A stretch of DNA of 55,038 nucleotides, counting the filler, from Jimgerdemannia flammicorona (Eukaryota), in assembly GCA_003990765.1 (NCBI GenBank). It is 3 parts of 3 records of this genome, joined end to end, with 100 filler letters (N's around TTAATTAATTAA, not from the genome) between each part and the next. Parts side by side here need not be neighbours in the genome. Positions count along the whole stretch, not along the records: positions 1 to 18,287 come from RBNJ01002248.1; positions 18,388 to 36,673 come from RBNJ01002249.1; 1 more part is not named here. The stretch is one strand, 5' to 3'. Numbering within the stretch: the stretch's first letter is position 1; each line of letters starts with the position of its first letter. A model generated the notes under the pieces. It searched no databases. It had not been told where the DNA came from and was given only the letters and a program-made list of their open reading frames with translations. Positions 11,115 to 24,125 of the stretch are shown here, piece by piece. Both the position numbers and the translations under genes were made by a program.

Positions 11115-14100
11115 TGGGGTTGGTAGGAAAGCATATCAACATTGTTGTGAGCTTTTCCTACTTTGTGGATGATGGTGATTTTGTAATTCTGAAGAATAAG
11201 GATCCAGCAGGCTAGGATTCCAGTGGATTTCTTATGGTTGAATAGCCATTTGAGAGCTATATAGTCTGTAATCAGGGTGAACCTTTTTCCAATGAAGTAA
11301 TGTTTGAACAGAGTGACCACCTATATGACTGTAAGGCATTTCAGTTTAGTACTACCATAGTTCATCTGCTGCTGATTGGTAGCTTGGCTTGCATAAGCTA
11401 TCATATGGTATTATTGGTCAGGTCCTTCTTGGGCTAGAACTGCTCCTAGGCTATCTTTGGAGATATCTGTATATAAGATAAATGACTTCTATAGATTGGG
11501 GTGTACAAGGATTGGTGCTGTAGTCATATGGTTCTTGAGTTCTTTGAAGGCTATTTCTTGTGATTCTATCTACTTGAATAGCACTCCTTTCTTGTGAAGG
11601 ATTTGGATTGGGGTAGCAATTTGGGTGAAATTCTTGATAAATCTTCTATAGTAGGATACTAGCATCAGAAATGATAATATTTCCTTTGGGGTCTTGGGTA
11701 CTGGCCAATTGTTGATCTTTTCAGTTTTCTTTAGATCTGCATAGATTCCTTCTTTTGAAACTATGAATCCAAGAAATTCAAGTTTCTGTTTGCCAAAGTA
11801 GCATTTCTTTATATTCAATCTCAAGTGGTTCTTGCAGGTGAGCTTGAAGAATTCCTCTAGATAGCATAGGTGTTCTTCGAAATTTGCTAAATAGATGTTG
11901 GAATTGTCTATATATACAACCAGGCAGTGGTGGATCAAGAGAGCATAGACTGAATTTATCATCCTCTGAAAGGTGGGGGGTATATTACAAAGTCTGAAAG
12001 GTATTCAGAGGTATTCAAACAGTTTTCCCAAAGCAAGAAAGGCTGTCTTTTGAATGTCTTTTGGGTTCATAGGGATCTTATGGAATCCCATGAAAAGATC
12101 CATACTGCTGAAGTATCTGGTATTCTGTAACTGATCCAAAAGGTCATCGATTCTGAGCAAAGGATAGACATCCTTTTCAGTGACTGAATTGAGTTTTTTG
12201 TAATCTATACAGAGTCTCTATCCTCCTTTCTTTGGTACAATAAGTATAGGGCTGGCCCAGGAACTAGTTGAAGGTCAGATGACTCCATTGTCTAAGAGTT
12301 CTTGAATATGCTCCTTTTCAAATGTTTTTAAGTGATAGAGTATTCTATAGGGTTTCTGCTAAATGGGTGTTGCATTTCCTGTATTTATGCTATAGTGATA
12401 TAATGAGTTGTATAGCAGGTTGCCATAATTGGTAGTAAAGATATCTTGATATTTATTGAGAAGTTCTACTAGTTGTTGCTGTTGTTGGGGTATCAATTCT
12501 TCTCCGATGTTGGTGGAAGGCTTCACTATTTCCTCGGTCACAGAGGGGCCTTTCCTTTCTTCTGGAACCTTTTTCCATCTCCTGATAGGTTTAGTTCATA
12601 AACTTCCCTATGAGTTTGACTAAGAAATGGCACCAAATATCCTATAATGGTTCCTTTCAGCAAGATGATAGCTTCTCAACTTTGATTGGTTGCTTGGGAG
12701 TGCACTGGGTTCATCTTGTCAGGAAAAGTGTGTCCTTCTATATCCAGGTGGGGAATATCTTTCTTGGGTTCAAAGAAAAGGTTTCTGGGATCAGGTGGTG
12801 CAAAGATTCCAAAGGTAGTTTGCTCTCCAGGCTCTAGGATGAGATTCTTGTACAGTTTAACTAGTTGGTGGTATACTTGCTGAGGAACATTCCTCTTGAG
12901 GTGGTTGACTTGAAGGAGATATACTTCCATCTGGTCTGAGCTTCCAAATCCTTTGACTTGTCTTGTTCCTTCAGTCAGTTCAGAGACTTCTTATAATTGT
13001 GGAGTCTTGACTTTCATGAAGACTGCTTGAGCAATCTTCTGTCCTCTAATAATTCAGTGCCACTCTGTGCTGCTATTGTGTAGGATGACCTTGATTTCAC
13101 CTATATATCCTGGGTCAATGGTTCCTCCTTCTATAGTTATTCCTTGTCTGGCAAGTCTAGACCTTGAGGTCAGTTGGATGTAAGCTCCTTGGAGTAACTG
13201 CATGGCTAATTTGGTTCTGATCATGAAGGTTTTTCCAGGCTTAATAGATTTATCCTCCAGACTGTGAAGATCATATTCTATATCCTCTGGGTGGGCTTTG
13301 GTTGGAGGTTTGGCCTTGGAATGCAGCAGGGTATACTGGGCAATATCCTTGCTAAGTTCAGGCTGACCTAAGGCTGAAGCTCCACTAGCAGAGAGCCTCC
13401 AGGCTCTGAGGTTGAGGTATGGCCATCTAGCTCCAGAGAGGGGTCTTGGAGATAGTTAATTTCTCTTCTTCCTGTAGGATCTAGGGCTTCCATGAAGCTG
13501 GTGGCATCTTCTGTCTATTCTTGGTAGGTTGTATGTCTGATGAGAGCTAGGATGTCTTCTCCCAAATCATAGATCTTGAGGGTTCTTTTTCCTGGCTTCC
13601 TGGTCTGACTTTTTTGGATCTGGCTTCTATTGTCTCCTCTCTTCAAGATATGGATTGCAACATCATGACTGAGGTGAATCTTCTGATATCTGCAGTCTTG
13701 ACAATCTGGGTATCTTTTATGGTTACAATATCCCATTGCTCTGAAATGATGTTCCCGGTTATTGATCTCTTATTGTCTTGGGAATCAGTACCCATCTTGG
13801 TCATAAGTTGGTGGAAGAGTAGACAAGGGGTATACTTCTGTCCAGGTGAAAAGGCCTTGTCCTCTGAATCAGCTTTGCAACTTGGTGGTAACTTCTTGGA
13901 AGATAGTTAACTGTGCAACTGTATTTGGGGGTTCTGGTCTCTGGGGTCTCTGTTTCTCCTGTTGATCTAGTAGATGGTACTGATAGCAGTAGTCTCAGAG
14001 AGAGTGGAAGACCATTTGGTGTGGACATCTTCCTAGCCAAAAAGTCTTTTCTTGGTGAGTTTCTTTCTTGGGAATAATGGTGATTGTGCTGGATCCCTCT

Positions 14101-15400
14101 TCCATATTCCAAGGGTCATTGTCTTTAGGGGGTGTCTAGCAAGGGTCATCCCAGAGAATGAGTTCAGAGACTTCTTCCTCTTTAGGTACTTCTTGTTCAG
14201 GAACTTCTTGGTCAGAAACTTCTTCTTCTTTAGATGATTCTTGTCCCCAAATTGCTTACACTTCTGCAGCTTCAGCTGCAGGTGTTTCTGGAGCATGTCT
14301 GTATTTCTTCTTCTTCTTTCTGCACTCTGGGCAGGCTGTGCCAGGTGATTTTCTTGTTCCCATGATCTTGGAAGAATGCTCAGGACACCTGTATCTCTTG
14401 AGGCAGGTGGGGTATCCTTTGATTTCTCCTGCAATTGCTCTGATAGTAATAGGAATAGTGTTCTTGGTCCACATATTGTCTTCTGGTCTGTCATCCACCA
14501 GGTTAATTCAGAGATTGAGTCTGGGATTATTTCCATCTTCAGATTATTTCTCTTCTTCTATGGTAGATTCTTCACTGCTAGCATATTTCTCCTGAATAGT
14601 GATCTTCTTCTTCTTCTTCAATTGCTCATAGCTGGTCATCTTAACTCTATACTTCTTGTCTCAGTAGTCAAACTTGAGTACTTGTTGACCAATATCAATG
14701 ACTGCATTCATTTCCTTCATCCAGTTAGTACCAAGAATCATATCATAGGTGACAGCTTTGATGACAACAGCTTTTGAGATGGAGAACTGAATATGTCCAA
14801 GAGAGATGGTGATATTTCATACTTCTCCAAGGGGTTGAGTTTGGGCTCCATCTACTACTATGATGCTGAGGTTGGATGGTCCATCAATAGGCCATTGGAG
14901 GGTGTCCAGGAATCATTTGGCAATAATACAGACAACTGCTCCTGTGTCTATGAGAATTTTCACTTTTTGTCCTCTAATATTTCCATAAGATAGATACTGA
15001 CATGTCTTTCAGCTGCTTGGACAGAGATGGGAACTAGTTCTTGCTGTGGGATTGGAATCTGGCCAGTGCTAGACCTGGTGGTTCTTAGCAATTTATTTCA
15101 GACTCCAGCTGATATCAGTTATAGGAACTGCAGCAGAGAGACTTCCATCTTGGTCTCTTGAATCTTCTGCCAGGCTTCATTATAGATATCTCTAGGTATA
15201 GTCTTCAGGGTGTACTTCTTCTTGAACTTTGAAGCAGCAGGCTCCCATTCTTCCTGTTCCATTTCTTCATCTTCTGATGGCAGCTCATTTGTCTCAGGGA
15301 CAAAGAGTGAGGGGGTCCAGGGGGGGTATCTCTACTTGTTCTTCCTCATGTTCTTCATCTTCCTCTTGGACAATTCTTCTGCTGATATTCCTGGATGGTC
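11111..15400 (-). pseudogene. pol of family 1: protease, Cys-rich insert, dUTPase, RT, RNase H
   Basis: KILIDTGAVVCII (~14950); RT CIDYKKLN and VYIDN (decayed YxDD); RNase H FTLITDY...HKVGKAHNNVDMLS. Confidence 0.88.
12939..13335 (-). pseudogene. dUTPase domain in family 1 pol
   Basis: YDL, TSRSRLARQGI, GGTIDPGYIGEIKV, KIAQ and TRQVKGFGSS correspond to trimeric dUTPase motifs I-V. Confidence 0.88.
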
Positions 15401-15472
15401 TTCCTACAGGTCTCTTTCTTTTCTCTGCTAGATAGACTGTTTTCCAAGTGGTAACCTTGGTAGAGTACAAGT

Positions 15473-16673
15473 CTAGATCACTGTAGTCTTCACTATTGCT
15501 TGCTTCCTCGAAATCTTCAACAGGATGAGCTTCAGTCTTTTTGTACTGAGTGTCATTCCTTCAGTTTGATGATTCTGAGTCCCTTCAGTCACTTCTTTTA
15601 TTGTCACATTCAGTGGCATAGTGTCCAAATTGTCCACAGTGGAAGTATTAGACTTAGGCTCTGTCTTGGACAGAGTATCTTCTTTCTTTTTGCTGGTAAT
15701 TTCTGTTATCTCTTGGTGGATAACCTTGGCTCCTCTGTGGTGGATATCCTCTGTTATCTTGATAACTCTGATTTTCACATATGGTGAGTTTTTCAATCTG
15801 TCCAATCAATCAGTCTAACTTGGAGCTAAGGTCTTGGATTTTACTTCTATTCTTCTTTCCTTCTTTAACTAGTCTTCTTTCTTTGAATCTTCCTTATCCT
15901 TGAAGGAGTCCTTGCAGGGCTTTGACCAGGATGTCTTCTTTATCTTCTTTCTTATCATGATTACTCCAGGTAGTTCCTTGTCTGACATCAAAGAATCCTT
16001 GGGCTGCATCTACATGCTCTTCAGACCTTCTAATACCTAGGGTGCAGACATGCTGGGCAATATTTAGAGGAATTCCATTCATAAAGGTCATTGGACCTAT
16101 GATGTCCTGGTTGGTGGCATTGAACCTGGTAGCATATATTCTCTTCTGGATTCTTGTGAAGAAGGCTCTGGATGATTCTCCAAGATTCATCTTCATCTAC
16201 ATGATGGATTCTTGAGACTTGTGGTAGGTTTCATTTCCTGCATACTTTTCAATGAGCCAGTGGATCATTGTTACATATTCTAGCTCATAAGACATTGTTG
16301 CTTGTATCTGTCTCACCAGTTCTGAGTTTGGGTCATTTGCTATTTAGTGGAAAATTCCTCTAGCTAGTTCTCTGAGCTGAGCCTTATAGATGGTGATTTT
16401 TCTTTCATCTGAGAGATTCCTCAGGGCTGCAATTCCTTCAATTCCATCAAGAAATTCTCTGGGGTCTTCTTCTGGATATCCTGTAAAGATTGGCAATAAG
16501 GTGGCCATTTCATTGTCACTTTCTTCTAATTCTGGTTCTGGTTCAGATTCTGATTCTGATTTACTTTCTGAGCTATTACTGGAGATAGGGATGCTTGGGT
16601 ATCCTGAGAATGGTGTTCTGGATCTTGGACAAAGTGGAATAAGCTTAGGTATTCTTGTAGGAGCTACTTCCAA
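15473..16673 (-). pseudogene. gag of family 1 with zinc knuckle
   Basis: PIFTGYPEEDPREFL capsid-like start; GESSRAFFTRIQK; (C)FHCGQFGHYATEC knuckle near 15610-15650. Confidence 0.8.
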
Positions 16674-17050
16674 CTCTGTAAGGACTTGTGGTAAAGGTTC
16701 TATTAGGGAGATTGATGAGACTAGTATGGGGTATCTGGCTGTAAGATCTCAGGCTTGTGTAATAAGATCTTTTAGTTCTTGTGCAAGTTCTTCAAAATCT
16801 CTAACAAGGCCACCTATGTTGTCTGGTTGGTCTGGTTGGGGATTTTGGGCTATACTGCCTTCCAGTTCTGATTGGGATCCTTCTGATGCTGGGTAGTTGG
16901 CAAGTCTTGATGTTATTACTTCTCTTTCTATCTAGATGCTGGTGATAACTGGTTCTTCTGTAGTGGTAGAGATTGGTGTTACATATATCAAATATATCCA
17001 GTTTGACTGTGGGTTCTTATGAGTTGAAAAGTTATGTCAATTTTGAAATC

Positions 17051-17068
17051 TTCTCAGTTGAGCCCCCA
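17051..17068 (-). promoter_or_regulatory. Primer binding site, tRNA-Pro type
   Basis: TGGGGGCTCAACTGAGAA lies two bases after the LTR end and resembles the canonical tRNA-Pro PBS TGGGGGCTCGTCCGGGA with decay. Confidence 0.7.
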
Positions 17069-17070
17069 AA

Positions 17071-18270
17071 TGTAATGTGTCTGGCTCAATAGAGGCAAAT
17101 TATAAGATTGGGGGTTGATGTAGTTTGGCTTGAGCCCTCAGTTACTTTGTCAAAAAGCAATAAAATGTTCTAAAATTCCTGAGGTCCTTGGTGTTTAGTG
17201 GTATAATAGTCAAGACTAGATATCTGTGAGAAATTTATATATCGATTTCCTAATTGAGATAGTTCTCTAGGTGTAGTGGCAATTTGTGTGAATAAGTTTC
17301 TTTCTTGATCAATCTGAGAATTGGTAGAATTTTGTGTATAGCACGATGATCTCTGTGTATGACAATCTTGTGTAGTATGGGTTCTTTATATATAATAGTC
17401 TGGTAATTTAGCAGTTCTTCTTATGTAATTTCTGCATGACAATCTTGGTGTAATAATCTCTATATAGTGTAATGATCTCCAAAAGTATGTAGTTTCTAGT
17501 GAATGACTCAGTTTGGCACAGCTTCTTCTGAATCAGCTCACTGGGAACAATGGATAACTTGGTGGCATATAACTCAGATTACTCAGATAACTCAGATGTT
17601 GTGGATTCTTCCTAAATTGGTAGACTTCTGGGAAATAACTCAAGTGGAACAGATTCTTCTAAATTGGCAGCTTCAACTGGGAAATAACTCAGATAGTGTA
17701 GATTCTTCTGAATCAGTGACTTCAACTGAGAATACTACTCAGATGGCATAGGTTCTTTCTGAATCAGCAGGCTCTTTTGGGAATATGATGGCATAGATTC
17801 TTCCTAAATCAGTAGTTTCAACTGAGAAACATGCTAGTGGCTTCTTGGAAAGGGTCTCTTGGCAAAGTTGCATCAAAGACTGGCTTCGTTTGCATAAATG
17901 GATCACTGTGAAGTTACATCAGAAACTGGCTTAAGCAAGGTAGCTTTCTGGAAGTGTAACAAATAACTTGGAAATAGTGACAAAGTTCTTCTTAGAACTT
18001 TTGGCAGCAAACTCAGATTCTTTAGGCTTATCTGACAAGTGAATCAATAATGCAACTTATTCCTTAAGTAGCAGATTTCTCTTCAAAAGGCAGCAAAGTT
18101 CTTCTTTGAACTTGATAGCAAAATCTTCAAGCTTTATATCAGAAAGTAGACCAGAGTAGAAAGGGGACCAATGCTCAATCTTTAGAGGCTTCTTTGGTAT
18201 TTGTATTTTGGACTGAGGTTTATTTTATTCACTCTTATCTCTGAAGTAATTTATACATTGTGGTTGCTTT
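17071..18270 (-). repeat. 5' LTR of family 1 (partial)
   Basis: Direct repeat of 7615-8775; ends at poly(T)/gap. Confidence 0.85.
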
Positions 18271-18287
18271 TTTTTTTTTTTTTTTAT

Positions 18288-18387
18288 NNNNNNNNNNNNN
18301 NNNNNNNNNNNNNNNNNNNNNNNNNNNNNNNTTAATTAATTAANNNNNNNNNNNNNNNNNNNNNNNNNNNNNNNNNNNNNNNNNNNN
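18288..18387. other. Artificial contig linker (N + TTAATTAATTAA)
   Basis: 100-base N run containing a six-frame stop motif. Confidence 0.95.
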
Positions 18388-19636
18388 GTCCTGTTCATGT
18401 CGCCCATGGTTTTTTTTTTTTTTTTCTGAATGGGTTCGCTTCGTTCTCACGCCGGAGATACATCATTGTGTTGCGATTAGGAAGCGGGCCTGTACGCGAT
18501 ACAGCTGGCGCACGAGAAGGGGATGCAGGTCATGACGACGTGCCGCGGGAGGGAGCAAGAGCTTTGGTTGAGAAAGGTGATTGGCAGTCGGATCGGTAGG
18601 TTTTAGAATGATTGAGAAGGAACTGGCATTTCCTTATTCGTTTCTTGACGCTACTCAACACACTCTTTCATCCCACCAGCTCACATCATCAACCTTCCGA
18701 CTACAACCCCTGCCCCTCTAACCCACCGCCGCTCGCACTCGCTTATCCACCACCAGCATATGGATCACCTCCACGAAGTCGTGATGCAAAAAACCCATGG
18801 GCTAGGCGTCAACTGCATCCTGGAAACAATGTCGCCCTACTGGCGTCGCACAGCCCCGATTCCCACGGCGAGTATGTCAACCTCGACCGCCATGACCGCG
18901 CCGGCCACTTCCGCACTTTTGGATCCCTATGCGGATGCGACGGAGGGACGATCAGGCGACCACTCTGACGTGCACCCGGACGTGGGTGGAAGCCGGCTGG
19001 TGACCAACGGGCGCGACGCGTCCCCGCCGGCGCCGGACGAACGGCGTGGCGAGGAGTACCGTGTCGCCCGGCTCGTGGATTTATTGAGCTTTGGCGGGAG
19101 GTGGTGTTGTGTGGATGATGGGGTGCAGATTGATCCGCCCGATGCTAGAATGATGTTCCTTAGGAATGCGTCGGTTGGGTTCATGTTCGAGCAGGCGTGG
19201 GGGTTGTCCGGGGCTATGGTCGGGGAGTATTTGGGTGCGTGTCGGATGAGTGTGAGGGGTTTTTGAGGTTGGGATGGGGATAGATCGCTGGGCCGTGAAT
19301 CTCATCCTCCCCGTGTTAACCCCATCTTCCATTATACACTCCTCAGGCATCCTCTCCTCAGTCCTCGCCAACGTCGCGGACGAGACCATTTCGGCCCCCT
19401 TCACAGAGCAATACCTGCGTACGTGTTCCCTCTCGGAGGTGCGCGAAGCACACGCCGAGTTCGAGCGTCGTGCCCGGTCCGTCGTGCACGGATGGACTCG
19501 GCATGGCGGGGTGGATGAGGGGAAGGTGAGCGGACGAAATACTCCAAACGCGAGCGGGAGAAACACGCCCACGGGCGCGGGCGTGGGCGAGGGACACGGA
19601 AAGTGGGTCGGGTTCGTGGTTGTTATGGGGGAGTGA
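18388..19636 (+). CDS. CRYZL1: Zeta-crystallin/quinone oxidoreductase-like protein 1 (CRYZL1-like), 5' part missing, spliced
   Basis: Exons give AIQLAHEKGMQVMTT, IAHIINL, THGLGVNCIL, LLSFGGRW...QIDPPDARMMFLRNASVGFMFEQAWGLS...GEYL. These match my recollection of CRYZL1 ([35 protein letters not shown]). Confidence 0.75.
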
Positions 19637-20563
19637 GACGCGTGAGGTTGAAAGCTGGGATGGAGATAAAGGTGGGTACAAGGAGGAGTAATTGATATGA
19701 TATTTGGATTTGGTGTCGCGTGGGTGGAAACGGGTGTGTTCGGGTTACGATATTATCTTTTTTTTTTTTTTTCTATTGGCGTCCTGTCGCGATTGTAAAA
19801 ACATCACCTCCTATTGGGCATTCCAACTCCATTCAATTCAATTCAGTTTTCCATAATTATAATTTCAGTCACTTTGCACACAGAATCACCACCCAACCCT
19901 CCCTGTCCCTTGAAAAGAAACGCATTATAATCACATGTCGTTTTGAATTACTTCCGCCGAATACGGTATCATCGATCACCAAGCACGCGAGCATTATTGC
20001 TGCTCCGGTCAACGGGTTCTCCTGCCGGGAGTTTTTTTTTTTTTTTTTTTTTTTGGCCATGGGTGAGGTCATCCTGTTCTTGACAAAGGGATGATCGCTT
20101 CACACTCGTGCCACCTCCGTCGGAGGTGAGCAGACCCTCCGCTCGGTGGTCTCTCTACAGACCTGAGACGGCTCCACAATGGTGTGGTGGAGCTGGTCGT
20201 AGATGACGTCCTCCAGCTCTTTTCTGGAATCGCGGATGAGGGACATTTGGGCCATTCTTGTCTGGATGATGCGGGATCGCAATCGTGACGAGGCTTTGCG
20301 TAGCGAGTGAAACGACTGCAGGGGGGAGGAACAACTGCGGGTTACATGACAAGTATAGGTGAATATTCGCAGGCGTAGCGTAGAGTGTTGATCGGAGTAC
20401 GAATGGTATTCCCAACCGTATAATTAAGTATTGGCGGGACGAATGGTATTCGTGCCCGTTCGAAATAGGCAAGGGGCGCAGTTCACGGAAGGGGAACCTT
20501 ATGTAACACTGCGGAACACACAAAATATCCGTGACCATCGACAATCCCCGTCAACACTCTCTG

Positions 20564-23500
20564 ATGGCAAGTAAGGCTGATCCTCTTGGGTCTAAGAGGG
20601 ACCTATCGTGTATGAGATGTAGGGGAAAGAAGGCCAGGCAAGTCTTCTTTATTTAGAATCCACCTAATAGGGTCCCTCCGTGCCAAAGTTTGACGTGTGC
20701 GTGTAACGGATCCGCCACAGGGTTTAACTTCGTGGCTTTTGGTTTTTGCATACATTTTCAATCTACACAGGTGCTCAAGAACAAAGCCGAAATGTAGCCG
20801 ATGCGCACGCGGCAAACACGATGTACGTTTTGTGCCTACTGAGCGTGCTCTTGCGTACTTCTCTCACACACCGCCTCTTCCCCCACACACCGCTTCTTCT
20901 CCCACACACACGAAATTGTGAACTCAGCCCGCGCCAACCTCTCTTCCCACTTCGTTTCCCGGTCTTCACTCCCGCCCTGCCCTCTTACATACAGTGCATA
21001 TACCCTACCGTCGCCCCCTCTCTCGGCAAGCTTTCCAACCAAGTCACCACGCTCTTCGACGCCCTCGGTCGCCTGGAACACCGGCTCGCGGTGATTGGGG
21101 GCGACGAGCTCACACCTCGACCCGCCCTCGACCCGTGTGTCCCCATAGGTAACGACGATGGGGACAGCGATGTAGACGACGATGCGGACGGCAGTGGCGA
21201 CGACAGCCCAGACGACAGTAGTGTGACGATTAAGGTTGGTGGCGGCAAGAAGCGCGGCAAGGTGAACGAGACGTTGAAGCCACACGAAATTTTACAGACG
21301 ATCGCCGGGCTTCACTCGGTGCTGGAGCGGCTGGACGAGCGAACCAAGGTGCTGGTAGAGCGGCAGGTGGCGTCGGCAGCTGGGGAAAAGGCGAAGGCAC
21401 TGGCCGGGGACAAGATGCAGTTGGAGCGCGAGGAGGACAAGGACGAGGACGGGAACGGTCTGAACGAGTCGCAGCATCATCTCGCGACTAAGGGCGCGTT
21501 GATTGCGGACGGGAGCGCCCCGGCGCGATCCCGCGCAAAGCGTCAAAAGCATCAAGATCAGCCGGCGGAGGTCAATCCCATGCTCGCTATGGCGTTTGTC
21601 GCGCCCTCTCCACCACCCCCGCCAGCCTTGTGGACGATTGCTTCATCACCGGCTGGGATTACGATCCAGGCGAGCGTGCAGAACCTCAACGACCTGTCCG
21701 CGTTCCTGCAAGACTTTAAGAAACTAGGCGTGAATGACGAGGCCGAGGCGGACGAGAATGGCTCTTCGTCCTCGCCTTCGCCGATCCCTACGAAAAACCA
21801 CCTCCTCACCGATTCGGCGCATAACGCCAATCAGACCACTTTGCTTCCCACAGACAACACGACCGTTCTACACATCACACCGACCAAAGGTTTTGGCAAG
21901 GAAGCCATCATCGAATTCAATAAAGACGGCCCCAATCTAACGCCAGGGCACTCTCGTACTCCCAACGAACTTGCGACGCAAAGCGTCATAAAGGACGTAC
22001 TACACGCCTACTTCGAGTACCGGTGCTGCCACCAGCAGCGCACGGTCTTCCTGGAGCGCGACTCCTTCTACCGCGAACACTACGGGTCGGCCACTCTCCC
22101 GCCGGTCACAGACCCGTCCTCAACACCCTCGCTCCTGCTTATTTACTCCATGTGCGTCTTCTCCTGCAAGAAATTTTACCGACTGCACCCGCCAGCCACT
22201 AACCAGAATCGCCCGTGGTTTGCCAACCAGCAATTGGTCGTCGCGATGGAGGATTGGTTCTACGAGCAGTCGCGCACGCTCCTCGCCGAGTGCTTCGACA
22301 CCCCCTCCCTGGCCGTTATCCAGGCCCTGATCCACCTGCACTACTTCGAGTGCTTCCGCAAGAACCACAAAGTTGCCTATATGCTCATCGGTATGGCCAT
22401 CCGCATAGCCTTTGACCTCCGCCTCTTCCGCACCGAGGAAGCGGACGAGGCACCCGCACCCGCGCTGGCTTTCTCGCCAGTCTTTGCCGCGGCGACAGCG
22501 GCGGCGACGACGACGGTGACGATGGCGGCGACGACGACGGCGACAGTGGCGGCGATGGCGATGACGACGGCGACGGCGACGGCGACGGCGTGCGACAGCC
22601 CGCGCAGCCCGTACTCGGAAGATTCGTTGGACTCGTCGAGCACGTTGTCGAGTCTGAGTTCGATGACGCGCGCCAAGGAAGAGAGGCGTCTGACCACCTT
22701 CAAACTGCTCTTCCTCGACCTCTTCTCCGCTTTCCATGCCGGAGAACCCTCCGTTATCGACGACCGCGAGTGGGACCGCATTCCTCTGCACCGCAAGCGC
22801 ATCGAGCTCAGCATTACACACGAACCTTGCGAGGCTGACCCGGCAAGGCTCGCGTGCGTCCAACTGTTCCTTAACAACATGACACTCATGCGCGTACAGA
22901 AGCGCATCATGGCAAAGCTATACTCGCCCGAGGCGCAGGATCGCGCGGCAAGAGTGATGGCGGCTAAGACCGGGACTATCAGCACACCCTATGGCCCTGG
23001 CTCCCCCTTCCCGGACGACGAAGACGAGCATCTGGTAACGCGCACAGTGAACATGCTTCACGGAGAGTTGACGGAATGGTACCGTCAGTTACCAGATTAC
23101 TTTGTCTTCGACCCCCAAAACCCAGACGCAAACCCCACCTTCCCGCCTGCTGCCCTCCCAATGCATCCGCCACCCTACATTCCCCCCGCGGCACCGTCGG
23201 CCGCGCGCATGCGCACACTTTGCCGCCTTGTGCTGCACCAATTTTATCAACTGAACCGGATCTTTCTCTACCAGCTGTTCATCCCGACGTCGGCGGATGA
23301 CCAATCGGTCTCGTCCGTTGACTTCTTGGAGATGTGCCTGGACGCCGCACGTTCCATTACCCGACTGACGGAGATGTTGGTCGAGGAAGGGTCGTGCTTC
23401 ATCAACCTGCAGTCCGTCTTCTTCGCGGGTATGATCTATGTAAAGTACGCCAAGCTGTACATAGGTGACCCGGCGATTGTCGCTGAAGCAGAGAAGGGCC

Positions 23501-23655
23501 TGCTAAGGTGTGCCCAGGCACTCAGGGGGAGTCTGTCGTTCAGGTTCGAGCTTGATCTGTGCCAGGATTACGTAGTGCACATCGAGGAGTTCATTAGCGA
23601 ACTGAAGAAAGCTGTCGCCACACAGGCACAGGAACAGATGCCGGAGAACGCGTAG
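20564..23655 (+). CDS. Zn(II)2Cys6 fungal transcription factor with fungal-TF middle homology domain; exons 20564-20637, 20771-20822, 20995-23655
   Basis: Spliced N-terminus reads SCMRCRGKKARCSRTKPKCSRCARGKHDCIYP. The motifs SLAVIQALIHL...AYMLIGMAIRIAFDLRL and EERR...LFLD are typical of Fungal_trans. Confidence 0.9.
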
Positions 23656-24125
23656 GGGATGAGATAGATAGGCTCGCGGCGCGTTTGGACATACTGCAAT
23701 CGGAAAAACCATAATTCGTTATCCTGGGTATGGTCAAGCGAGCACTTGCTGTACGGACGAGGCAGGTATTTAGACTTAGACATTTAGACGCCTTGGGCGT
23801 TGTCACGCATAATCCCGAAAGATGTTTGAGGTGTCTAGGCAATGGCCGCAAACAAGATGGCTCCTTAACATTATTAGTTTACTATTTAGAATACTCGTTG
23901 GTCTTTTGTCTATTATAGTATTTCTGCTTTCTTTTATCTAAGTGGGTTTCGCGTAGGATGCGAGATCATTGTAAATATGTCTACGCGCTGAATAAATTCC
24001 CGGATGGCTTGGAGCCGCAATGGAATCATTGGTCAGACTGCACGCATAATGCCGAAGGCTAAGCTATAGAAGTAGTGGCTTAAATTCCCGTGACTAGATA
24101 TGCCTTTTACTCTTTCAGCGCGAAC

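Larger units (their letters stand above)
7615..18270 (-). mobile_element. Ty3/Gypsy LTR retrotransposon, family 1 (dUTPase-bearing, degenerate; 5' LTR cut by contig end)
   Basis: Direct repeats 7615-9077 and 17071->18270, PBS and PPT-like tract. Gag, CCHC, DTG protease, dUTPase, RT, RNase H and integrase remnants are in Gypsy order on the minus strand. Confidence 0.92.

Noticed and set aside
20775..23851. Many antisense/overlapping ORFs over the transcription factor and other GC-rich genes
   Set aside because: Shadow ORFs caused by high GC3 codon usage.
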